A stretch of DNA of 64,000 nucleotides, from the NCBI RefSeq assembly GCF_009914755.1, contig NC_060948.1; one strand, written 5' to 3'. Source of the stretch: the human T2T-CHM13v2.0 reference genome, Homo sapiens. The position numbers and the translations under genes are program-made. Positions 1 to 12,601 of this stretch are shown piece by piece (position 1 is the stretch's first letter; the number at the start of each line of letters is the position of its first letter). The notes beneath the pieces are model-generated. The model saw nothing but the letters and a program-made list of their open reading frames with translations, was not told the origin of the DNA and ran no database searches.

Positions 1-1884
1 TTGGATGGACTGGAATCAAACGGAATGGAATGCAGTGCAATCAAATGGCATGGAATAAAATAGAATGAAAGAGAATCAAATGGAATTGAATCGAATGGAA
101 TCGAATGGATTGGAAAGGAATAGAATGGAATGGAATGGAATTGACTCAAATGGAATGGACTAGAATGGAATGGATTCGAACGGAAGGCAAAGGAATGGAA
201 TCTATTGGAATGGACTGTAATGGAATGGAATGGAAGGGATTGGAATGGACTCGAATGGAATGGACTGCAATAGAAAGGATTCGAATGGAATGAAAAAGAA
301 TTGAATGGAATAGAACAGAATGGAATCAAATCGAATGAAATGGAATGGAATAGAAAGGAATGGAATGAAATGGAATGGAAAGGATTCGAATGGAATGCAA
401 TCGAATGGAATGGAATCGAACGGAATGGAATAAAATGGAAGAAAACTGGCAAGAAATGGAATCGAAATGAATGGAGTGTTATGGAACGGACTCAAAAGGA
501 ATTGAATGTAATAGAATGGAGTGGAGTGGACTCGAATATAATGGACTGGAATGGAATGAAATCACATGGAATGGGAACGAATGGAATGGAATGGAAAGGA
601 ATGGAATCGAATGGAAAGGAATCGAATGGAAGGGAATGAAATTGAATCAACACGAATGGAAGGGAATAGAATAGACTGTAATGGAATGGACTCGAATAGA
701 ATGGACACGAATGCTCAAATTAAATGGACTCGAATGGAATGGAAACGAAAGGAATGTCATCGAATGGAATTGAATCGATTGGAATGAAATCGCATAGAAT
801 GGAGTGGAATCAAATGGAATTGAATCGAAAGGAAAGGAAGCGAATGGACTGAAATGAAATGGAATGGAATTGAATGGAAAGTAATGCAATGGAATAGAAT
901 GGAACGAAATTTCACGGAATGGAATCAAACTGAATGGAATCAAATCAATGGAATCAAATCAAATGGAATGGAAAGGAATTGAATGGAGTAGATGGGATTG
1001 GATGGGATTGGAATGAAATGTACTGGAAAGGACTCGAATTTCATGAAACGGAATGGAATGAATTGGAACGGAATGGACTCGAATGGAATGGAATGTCATG
1101 GGATGGCATCAAATGGAATGACATCAAATGGAATGGAATCGAATGCAATGGAATGCTATGGAATGGAATGGAATGCATTGGAATGGAATGTCCTCTAATG
1201 GAATGGATTCGAGTGGAATGGAATTGAATATAATGGAGTCGAATGAAATGGAATTGAAAGGAATGGGATCGAATACAATGGAATACACTGGAATGTAACG
1301 TAATGAACTCGAATGTAATTGACTGGAATGGAATGTACATGAATGGAATGTAATCGAATGGAAAGTAATCCAATGGAATAGAATCTAATGCAATAAAATC
1401 GACTCAGATAGAGTAGAATGTAATGGAATGGAGTGCAGTGCAATGGAATGGAATGGAATGGAATGCAATGGAATGCAATGGAATGGAATGGAATGGAATG
1501 GAATGGAATGGAATGGAATGGGATGGAATGGTATGGAATGGATAGTAATGGACTGGAGTGAAATGGACTGGAAAGGAATGGACTCAAATTGAAAGGGCTC
1601 GAAAGGAATGGAGTCAAATGGAATGGTCTGGAATGGAATGAACACGAATGTAATGCAACCCAATAGAATGGAATCGAATGGCATGGAATATAAAGAAATG
1701 GAATCGAAGAGAATGGAAACAAATGGAATGGAATTGAATGGAATGGAATTGAATGGAATGGGAACGAATGGAGTGAAATTGTATGCAGTAGAAGAGAATA
1801 GAATGGAATGCAAGCGAAAGGAAAGGAATGGATTGGAATGGAATGGAATTCATTGGAATGGAAGGGAATGTAGTGTAATGGACA
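1..1884 (+). repeat. Partial DYZ1 monomer (3' part, up to the first HaeIII site)
   Basis: Same landmarks as 3590-5443; ends at GGCC 1885. Confidence 0.9.
1441..1520 (+). repeat. Near-pure (GAATG)n variable-number tract nested in each monomer (first copy shown)
   Basis: Lies between GAGTGCAGTG and GGATGGAATGGTATG. Pentamer counts in successive copies: 16,10,15,16,14,14,14,15,10,10,12,12,12,15,13,10,15,10. Confidence 0.9.
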
Positions 1885-2259
1885 GGCCTGGAATAAAGTG
1901 GAATGCTACGGTCTCGAATGGAATAAAAATGTATGGAATGGAATGCAATGAAACGGAATCGAATGTCATAGAATGTAATGGAATGCAAAAAAATGGAATC
2001 CAAAATCATTGACTGGAAAGGCTGGGTGTCGAAAGGAATTGACTCCAATGGAATGGAATCGAATGGAATGGAAGTGAATAGAATCGAACTAAATCGAATG
2101 GAATGGAATTGATAGGAACGGAATGGAAAGGAATGCAATGATTTGGCATGGAATGGAATCGAATGGCATCGAATGGAATGGAATGGAATGCAATGGAATG
2201 GAATGTATTAGAATGTAATGAACTTTAATGGAATGTACTCGAATGGATTCGACTGGAAT

Positions 2260-2274
2260 GGAATGTTCTGGAAG
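2260..2274. promoter_or_regulatory. Perfect heat-shock element motif HSE-1 (gGAAtgTTCtgGAAg), one per monomer
   Basis: Exact nGAAnnTTCnnGAAn match, 375 bp after each HaeIII site (2260, 5819, 9403 ... 62890). The motif is seen directly; HSF1 binding is inferred. Confidence 0.55.
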
Positions 2275-2539
2275 TGAATGGACTCCAATGGAATGGATTC
2301 AAAAGGAATGGAATCGTACGGAATGGAATCTAATGGAATGGAATTAAATGGAAATGAATCAAATTGAATAGCACGGAATTGAATTGAATGGAATGGAATG
2401 CAATGGAATCTAATGAAACGGAAAGGAAAGGAATGGAATGGAATGGAATGGGCTGGAATGGAAAGGAATCGAAACGAATGGAATGGAATCGAACTGAAGA
2501 GACTGGAATGGAATGCACTGGAATGGAAGGGAGTGTAAT

Positions 2540-2554
2540 GGAAGGTTCTCGAAA
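2540..2554. promoter_or_regulatory. Perfect heat-shock element motif HSE-2 (gGAAggTTCtcGAAa), in 15 of 18 copies
   Basis: Exact nGAAnnTTCnnGAAn match, 655 bp after each HaeIII site; broken at 16837, 34642 and 56051. Binding is inferred. Confidence 0.5.
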
Positions 2555-5443
2555 AAAATGGAATCGAATGGAATGGAATTGAATGGAACGGAATAGAGTC
2601 GAATGGAATTGAATGGAATGGAATGGACTAGAGTGAAATGGAATCGAACCACAAGGAATGGACAGGAATAGAATGGTCTCGAATTGAATGGAATCGTATG
2701 GAATGGCATCAAACGGAATGGAATGGACAGCCACGGAATGGAATGCACTCGAATGCAATGGAGTCGAAACTAATGGACTGGAATAGAATGGACTCGACTG
2801 GTACGGACTCCAATGGAATGGAATCGAATGGAAGGGAATCGAACGGAATGGAATCGAACGGAATGGACTCGAAGGGAAAAGACTGCAATGGAAAGGTCTC
2901 GAATGGAATGGAAATTAATGGAATGGAATGGAATCGAATGAAATGGAGTCAAAAGGAATGGAATCGAATGGCAAGAAATCGAATGTAATGGAATCGCCAG
3001 GAATTGATGTGAACGGAACGGAATGGAATGGAATCCAAAGGAATGGAATAGAATGGAATGGAATCGAATGGAAAGGACTCGAATGGAAATCACTCGAATA
3101 GAATGCAATTTAATAAAATAGGATCAAATGTAATGGAATGGAATGGAAAGGAATCGAAACGAAAGGAATGGAGACAGATGGAATGGAATGGAACAGAGAG
3201 CAATGGTATAGAATGGAATGGAATCATCTGGAATGGAATTGAATGGAATGGAATAATATGAAATGGAATGGAATGGAATGGAATGGAATGCCCTTGAATT
3301 AAATGGACTGGAATGGAATGGACTCAAACAGAGTGGAATGGAAAGTGTGGAGATAGAATGGAATGAACTCCTTTGGAATGGTGTAGTATGCAATGCAATC
3401 GACTGGCAGGGAATCAAAAGGAATGTAATCGAATGGATTGGACTGGAATGCAATGGACTCGAATAGATTGGAAACGGAATGCAAAGGAATGGAATGGAAT
3501 AGTATGGAATGCAATGGAAGGGAATGGAGTGGAATAGACTAGAGTGGAATGGAATGGACTGGAAAGCAATGGACTGGAATGGAACTTTCTTGGATGGACT
3601 GGAATCAAACGGAATGGAATGCAATGCAATCAAATGGCATGGAATAAAATAGAATGAAAGAGAATCAAATGGAATTGAATCGAATGGAATCGAATGGATT
3701 GGAAAGGAATAGAATGGAATGGAATGGAATTGACTCAAATGGAATGGACTAGAATGGAATGGATTCGAACGGAAGGCAAAGGAATGGAATCTATTGGAAT
3801 GGACTGTAATGGAATGGAATGGAAGGGATTGGAATGGACTCGAATGGAATGGACTGCAATAGAAAGGATTCGAATGGAATGAAAAAGAATTGAATGGAAT
3901 AGAACAGAATGGAATCAAATCGAATGAAATGGAATGGAATAGAAAGGAATGGAATGAAATGGAATGGAAAGGATTCGAATGGAATGCAATCGAATGGAAT
4001 GGAATCGAACGGAATGGAATAAAATGGAAGAAAACTGGCAAGAAATGGAATCGAAATGAATGGAGTGTTATGGAACGGACTCAAAAGGAATTGAATGTAA
4101 TAGAATGGAGTGGAGTGGACTCGAATATAATGGACTGGAATGGAATGAAATCACATGGAATGGGAACGAATGGAATGGAATGGAAAGGAATGGAATCGAA
4201 TGGAAAGGAATCGAATGGAAGGGAATGAAATTGAATCAACACGAATGGAAGGGAATAGAATAGACTGTAATGGAATGGACTCGAATAGAATGGACACGAA
4301 TGCTCAAATTAAATGGACTCGAATGGAATGGAAACGAAAGGAATGTCATCGAATGGAATTGAATCGATTGGAATGAAATCGCATAGAATGGAGTGGAATC
4401 AAATGGAATTGAATCGAAAGGAAAGGAAGCGAATGGACTGAAATGAAATGGAATGGAATTGAATGGAAAGTAATGCAATGGAATAGAATGGAACGAAATT
4501 TCACGGAATGGAATCAAACTGAATGGAATCAAATCAATGGAATCAAATCAAATGGAATGGAAAGGAATTGAATGGAGTAGATGGGATTGGATGGGATTGG
4601 AATGAAATGTACTGGAAAGGACTCGAATTTCATGAAACGGAATGGAATGAATTGGAACGGAATGGACTGGAATGGAATGGAATGTCATGGGATGGCATCA
4701 AATGGAATGACATCAAATGGAATGGAATCGAATGCAATGGAATGCTATGGAATGGAATGGAATGCATTGGAATGGAATGTCCGCTAATGGAATGGATTCG
4801 AGTGGAATGGAATTGAATATAATGGAGTCGAATGAAATGGAATTGAAAGGAATGGGATCGAATACAATGGAATATACTGGAATGTAACGTAATGAACTCG
4901 AATGTAATTGACTGGAATGGAATGTACATGAATGGAATGTAATCGAATGGAAAGTAATCCAATGGAATAGAATCTAATGCAATAAAATCGACTCAGATAG
5001 AGTAGAATGTAATGGAATGGAGTGCAGTGCAATGGAATGGAATGGAATGGAATGCAATGGAATGGAATGGAATGGAATGGGATGGAATGGTATGGAATGG
5101 ATAGTAATAGACTGGAGTGAAATGGACTGGAAAGGAATGGACTCAAATTGAAAGGGCTCGAAAGGAATGGAGTCAAATGGAATGGTCTGGAATGGAATGA
5201 ACACGAATGTAATGCAACCCAATAGAATGGAATCGAATGGCATGGAATATAAAGAAATGGAATCGAAGAGAATGGAAACAAATGGAATGGAATTGAATGG
5301 AATGGAATTGAATGGAATGGGAACGAATGGAGTGAAATTGTATGCAGTAGAAGAGAATAGAATGGAATGCAAGCGAAAGGAAAGGAATGGATTGGAATGG
5401 AATGGAATTCATTGGAATGGAAGGGAATGTAGTGTAATGGACA

Positions 5444-8400
5444 GGCCTGGAATAAAGTGGAATGCTACGGTCTCGAATGGAATAAAAATGTATGGAATGG
5501 AATGCAATGAAACGGAATCGAATGTCATAGAATGTAATGGAATGCAAAAAAATGGAATCCAAAATCATTGACTGGAAAGGCTGGGTGTCGAAAGGAATTG
5601 ACTCCAATGGAATGGAATCGAATGGAATGGAAGTGAATAGAATCGAACTAAATCGAATGGAATGGAATTGATAGGAACGGAATGGAAAAGAATGCAATGA
5701 TTTGGCATGGAATGGAATCGAATGGCATCGAATGGAATTGAATGGAATGCAATGGAATGGAATGTATTAGAATGGAATGAACTTTAATGGAATGTACTCG
5801 AATGGATTCGACTGGAATGGAATGTTCTGGAAGTGAATGGACTCCAATGGAATGGATTCAAAAGGAATGGAATCGTACGGAATGGAATCTAATGGAATGG
5901 AATTAAATGGAAATGAATCAAATTGAATAGCACGGAATTGAATTGAATGGAATGGAATGCAATGGAATCTAATGAAACGGAAAGGAAAGGAATGGAATGG
6001 AATGGAATGGGCTGGAATGGAAAGGAATCGAAACGAATGGAATGGAATCGAAGTGAAGAGACTGGAATGGAATGCACTGGAATGGAAGGGAGTGTAATGG
6101 AAGGTTCTCGAAAAAAATGGAATCGAATGGAATGGAATTGAATGGAACGGAATAGAGTCGAATGGAATTGAATGGAATGGAATGGACTAGAGTGAAATGG
6201 AATCGAACCACAAGGAATGGACAGGAATAGAATGGTCTCGAATTGAATGGAATCGTATGGAATGGCATCAAACGGAATGGAATGGACAGCCACGGAATGG
6301 AATGCACTCGAATGCAATGGAGTCGAAACTAATGGACTGGAATAGAATGGACTCGACTGGTACGGACTCCAATGGAATGGAATCGAATGGAAGGGAATCG
6401 AACGGAAGGGAATCGAACGGAATGGACTCGAAGGGAAAAGACTGCAATGGAAAGGTCTCGAATGGAATGGAAATTAATGGAATGGAATGGAATCGAATGA
6501 AATGGAGTCAAAAGGAATGGAATCGAATGGCAAGAAATCGAATGTAATGGAATCGCCAGGAATTGATGTGAACGGAACGGAATGGAATGGAATCCAAAGG
6601 AATGGAATAGAATGGAATGGAATCGAATGGAAAGGACTCGAATGGAAATCACTCGAATAGAATGCAATTTAATAAAATAGGATCAAATGTAATGGAATGG
6701 AATGGAAAGGAATCGAAACGAAAGGAATGGAGACAGATGGAATGGAATGGAACAGAGAGCAATGGTATAGAATGGAATGGAATCATCTGGAATGGAATTG
6801 AATGGAATGGAATAATATGAAATGGAATGGAATGGAATGGAATGGAATGCCCTTGAATTAAATGGACTGGAATGGAATGGACTCAAACAGAGTGGAATGG
6901 AAAGTGTGGAGATAGAATGGAATGAACTCCTTTGGAATGGTGTAGTATGCAATGCAATCGACTGGCAGGGAATCAAAAGGAATGTAATCGAATGGATTGG
7001 ACTGGAATGCAATGGACTCGAATAGATTGTAAACGGAATGCAAAGGAATGGAATGGAATAGTATGGAATGCAATGGAAGGGAATGGAGTGGAATAGACTA
7101 GAGTGGAATGGAATGGACTGGAAAGCACTGGACTGGAATGGAACTTTCTTGGATGGACTGGAATCAAACGGAATGGAATGCAATGCAATCAAATGGCATG
7201 GAATAAAATAGAATGAAAGAGAATCAAATGGAATTGAATCGAATGGAATCGAATGGATTGGAAAGGAATAGAATGGAATGGAATGGAATTGACTCAAATG
7301 GAATGGACTAGAATGGAATGGATTCGAATGGAAGGCAAAGGAATGGAATCTATTGGAATGGACTGTAATGGAATGGAATGGAAGGGATTGGAATGGACTC
7401 GAATGGAATGGACTGCAATAGAAAGGATTCGAATGGAATGAAAAAGAATTGAATGGAATAGAACAGAATGGAATCAAATCGAATGAAATGGAATGGAATA
7501 GAAAGGAATGGAATGAAATGGAATGGAAAGGATTCGAATGGAATGCAATCGAATGGAATGGAATCGAACGGAATGGAATAAAATGGAAGAAAACTGGCAA
7601 GAAATGGAATCGAAATGAATGGAGTGTTATGGAACGGACTCAAAAGGAATTGAATGTAATAGAATGGAGTGGAGTGGACTCGAATATAATGGACTGGAAT
7701 GGAATGAAATCACATGGAATGGGAACGAATGGAATGGAATGGAAAGGAATGGAATCGAATGGAAAGGAATCGAATGGAAGGGAATGAAATTGAATCAACA
7801 CGAATGGAAGGGAATAGAATAGACTGTAATGGAATGGACTCGAATAGAATGGACACGAATGCTCAAATTAAATGGACTCGAATGGAATGGAAACGAAAGG
7901 AATGTCATCGAATGGAATTGAATCGATTGGAATGAAATCGCATAGAATGGAGTGGAATCAAATGGAATTGAATCGAAAGGAAAGGAAGCGAATGGACTGA
8001 AATGAAATGGAATGGAATTGAATGGAAAGTAATGCAATGGAATAGAATGGAACGAAATTTCACGGAATGGAATCAAACTGAATGGAATCAAATCAATGGA
8101 ATCAAATCAAATGGAATGGAAAGGAATTGAATGGAGTAGATGGGATTGGATGGGATTGGAATGAAATGTACTGGAAAGGACTCGAATTTCATGAAACGGA
8201 ATGGAATGAATTGGAACGGAATGGACTCGAATGGAATGGAATGTCATGGGATGGCATCAAATGGAATGGCATCAAATGGAATGGAATCGAATGCAATGGA
8301 ATGCTATGGAATGGAATGGAATGCATTGGAATGGAATGTCCTCTAATGGAATGGATTCGAGTGGAATGGAATTGAATATAATGGAGTCGAATGAAATGGA

Positions 8401-9027
8401 ATTGAAAGGAATGGGATCGAATACAATGGAATATACTGGAATGTAACGTAATGAACTCGAATGTAATTGACTGGAATGGAATGTACATGAATGGAATGTA
8501 ATCGAATGGAAAGTAATCCAATGGAATAGATTCTAATGCAATAAAATCGACTCAGATAGAGTAGAATGTAATGGAATGGAGTGCAGTGCAATGGAATGGA
8601 ATGGAATGGAATGCAATGGAATGGAATGGAATGGAATGGAATGGAATGGAATGGAATGGAATGGGATGGAATGGTATGGAATGGATAGTAATGGACTGGA
8701 GTGAAATGGACTGGAAAGGAATGGACTCAAATTGAAAGGGCTCGAAAGGAATGGAGTCAAATGGAATGGTCTGGAATGGAATGAACACGAATGTAATGCA
8801 ACCCAATAGAATGGAATCGAATGGCATGGAATATAAAGAAATGGAATCGAAGAGAATGGAAACAAAGGGAATGGAATTGAATGGAATGGAATTGAATGGA
8901 ATGGGAACGAATGGAGTGAAATTGTATGCAGTAGAAGAGAATAGAATGGAATGCAAGCGAAAGGAAAGGAATGGATTGGAATGGAATGGAATTCATTGGA
9001 ATGGAAGGGAATGTAGTGTAATGGACA
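5444..9027 (+). repeat. DYZ1 monomer H2, 3584 bp
   Basis: GGCC to GGCC; 15-pentamer tract at 8589. Confidence 0.92.
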
Positions 9028-12000
9028 GGCCTGGAATAAAGTGGAATGCTACGGTCTCGAATGGAATAAAAATGTATGGAATGGAATGCAATGAAACGGA
9101 ATCGAATGTCATAGAATGTAATGGAATGCAAAAAAATGGAATCCAAAATCATTGACTGGAAAGGCTGGGTGTCGAAAGGAATTGACTCCAATGGAATGGA
9201 ATCGAATGGAATGGAAGTGAATAGAATCGAACTAAATCTAATGGAATGGAATTGATAGGAACGGAATGGAAAGGAATGCAATGATTTGGCATGGAATGGA
9301 ATCGAATGGCATCGAATGGAATGGAATGGAATGCAATGGAATGGAATGTATTAGAATGTAATGAACTTTAATGGAATGTACTCGAATGGATTCGACTGGA
9401 ATGGAATGTTCTGGAAGTGAATGGACTCCAATGGAATGGATTCAAAAGGAATGGAATCGTACGGAATGGAATCTAATGGAATGGAATTAAATGGAAATGA
9501 ATCAAATTGAATAGCACGGAATTGAATTGAATGGAATGGAATGCAATGGAATCTAATGAAACGGAAAGGAAAGGAATGGAATGGAATGGAATGGGCTGGA
9601 ATGGAAAGGAATCGAAACGAATGGAATGGAATCGAAGTGAAGAGACTGGAATGGAATGCACTGGAATGGAAGGGAGTGTAATGGAAGGTTCTCGAAAAAA
9701 ATGGAATCGAATGGAATGGAATTGAATGGAACGGAATAGAGTCGAATGGAATTGAATGGAATGGAATGGACTAGAGTGAAATGGAATCGAACCACAAGGA
9801 ATGGACAGGAATAGAATGGTCTCGAATTGAATGGAATCGTATGGAATGGCATCAAACGGAATGGAATGGACAGCCACGGAATGGAATGCACTCGAATGCA
9901 ATGGAGTCGAAACTAATGGACTGGAATAGAATGGACTCGACTGGTACGGACTCCAATGGAATGGAATCGAATGGAAGGGAATCGAACGGAAGGGAATCGA
10001 ACGGAATGGACTCGAAGGGAAAAGACTGCAATGGAAAGGTCTCGAATGGAATGGAAATTAATGGAATGGAATGGAATCGAATGAAATGGAGTCAAAAGGA
10101 ATGGAATCGAATGGCAAGAAATCGAATGTAATGGAATCGCAAGGAATTGATGTGAACGGAACGGAATGGAATGGAATCCAAAGGAATGGAATAGAATGGA
10201 ATGGAATCGAATGGAAAGGACTCGAATGGAAATCACTCGAATAGAATGCAATTTAATAAAATAGGATCAAATGTAATGGAATGGAATGGAAAGGAATCGA
10301 AACGAAAGGAATGGAGACAGATGGAATGGAATGGAACAGAGAGCAATGGTATAGAATGGAATGGAATCATCTGGAATGGAATTGAATGGAATGGAATAAT
10401 ATGAAATGGAATGGAATGGAATGGAATGGAATGCCCTTGAATTAAATGGACTGGAATGGAATGGACTCAAACAGAGTGGAATGGAAAGTGTGGAGATAGA
10501 ATGGAATGAACTCCTTTGGAATGGTGTAGTATGCAATGCAATCGACTGGCAGGGAATCAAAAGGAATGTAATCGAATGGATTGGACTGGAATGCAATGGA
10601 CTCGAATAGATTGGAAACGGAATGCAAAGGAATGGAATGGAATAGTATGGAATGCAATGGAAGGGAATGGAGTGGAATAGACTAGAGTGGAATGGAATGG
10701 ACTGGAAAGCAATGGACTGGAATGGAACTTTCTTGGATGGACTGGAATCAAACGGAATGGAATGCAGTGCAATCAAATGGCATGGAATAAAATAGAATGA
10801 AAGAGAATCAAATGGAATTGAATCGAATGGAATCGAATGGATTGGAAAGGAATAGAATGGAATGGAATGGAATTGACTCAAATGGAATGGACTAGAATGG
10901 AATGGATTCGAATGGAAGGCAAAGGAATGGAATCTATTGGAATGGACTGTAATGGAATGGAATGGAAGGGATTGGAATGGACTCGAATGGAATGGACTGC
11001 AATAGAAAGGATTCGAATGGAATGAAAAAGAATTGAATGGAATAGAACAGAATGGAATCAAATCGAATTAAATGGAATGGAATAGAAAGGAATGGAATGA
11101 AATGGAATGGAAAGGATTCGAATGGAATGCAATCGAATGGAATGGAATCGAACGGAATGGAATAAAATGGAAGAAAACTGGCAAGAAATGGAATCGAAAT
11201 GAATGGAGTGTTATGGAACGGACTCAAAAGGAATTGAATGTAATAGAATGGAGTGGAGTGGACTCGAATATAATGGACTGGAATGGAATGAAATCACATG
11301 GAATGGGAACGAATGGAATGGAATGGAAAGGAATGGAATCGAATGGAAAGGAATCGAATGGAAGGGAATGAAATTGAATCAACACGAATGGAAGGGAATA
11401 GAATAGACTGTAATGGAATGGACTCGAATAGAATGGACACGAATGCTCAAATTAAATGGACTCGAATGGAATGGAAACGAAAGGAATGTCATCGAATGGA
11501 ATTGAATCGATTGGAATGAAATAGCATAGAATGGAGTGGAATCAAATGGAATTGAATCGAAAGGAAAGGAAGCGAATGGACTGAAATGAAATGGAATGGA
11601 ATTGAATGGAAAGTAATGCAATGGAATAGAATGGAACGAAATTTCACGGAATGGAATCAAACTGAATGGAATCAAATCAATGGAATCAAATCAAATGGAA
11701 TGGAAAGGAATTGAATGGAGTAGATGGGATTGGATGGGATTGGAATGAAATGTACTGGAAAGGACTCGAATTTCATGAAACGGAATGGAATGAATTGGAA
11801 CGGAATGGACTCGAATGGAATGGAATGTCATGGGATGGCATCAAATGGAATGACATCAAATGGAATGGAATCGAATGCAATGGAATGCTATGGAATGGAA
11901 TGGAATGCATTGGAATGGAATGTCCTCTAATGGAATGGATTCGAGTGGAATGGAATTGAATATAATGGAGTCGAATGAAATGGAATTGAAAGGAATGGGA

Positions 12001-12601
12001 TCGAATACAATGGAATACACTGGAATGTAACGTAATGAACTCGAATGTAATTGACTGGAATGGAATCTACATGAATGGAATGTAATCGAATGGAAAGTAA
12101 TCCAATGGAATAGAATCTAATGCAATAAAATCGACTCAGATAGAGTAGAATGTAATGGAATGGAGTGCAGTGCAATGGAATGGAATGGAATGGAATGCAA
12201 TGGAATGGAATGGAATGGAATGGAATGGAATGGAATGGAATGGAATGGAATGGGATGGAATGGTATGGAATGGATAGTAATGGACTGGAGTGAAATGGAC
12301 TGGAAAGGAATGGACTCAAATTGAAAGGGCTCGAAAGGAATGGAGTCAAATGGAATGGTCTGGAATGGAATGAACACGAATGTAATGCAACCCAATAGAA
12401 TGGAATCGAATGGCATGGAATATAAAGAAATGGAATCGAAGAGAATGGAAACAAATGGAATGGAATTGAATGGAATGGGAACGAATGGAGTGAAATTGTA
12501 TGCAGTAGAAGAGAATAGAATGGAATGCAAGCGAAAGGAAAGGAATGGATTGGAATGGAATGGAATTCATTGGAATGGAAGGGAATGTAGTGTAATGGAC
12601 A
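9028..12601 (+). repeat. DYZ1 monomer H3, 3574 bp
   Basis: GGCC to GGCC; 16-pentamer tract at 12173; 15-bp deletion near 12465. Confidence 0.92.

Larger units (their letters stand above)
1885..5443 (+). repeat. DYZ1 monomer H1, 3559 bp
   Basis: GGCC to GGCC; 10-pentamer variable tract at 5030. Confidence 0.92.

Noticed and set aside
911-919. TTCACGGAA, a STAT/GAS-like TTCN3GAA motif in each monomer
   Set aside because: Short motif with high chance probability in a GAA-saturated background; no independent support.
1392-3117. Several AATAAA hexamers per monomer as possible poly(A) signals
   Set aside because: They arise easily from GGAAT pentamers mutated to AAAAT; no downstream GU/U-rich element or transcript evidence.
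3124-4041. 305-aa minus-strand ORF (FHSIP-rich) repeated in most monomers, and other minus-strand ORFs
   Set aside because: (ATTCC)n has no stop codon in any frame and translates as IPFHS repeats. There is no recognisable domain, and the ORF is freely broken by a frameshift (~28494, 32037, 60573) or a stop (~11069).
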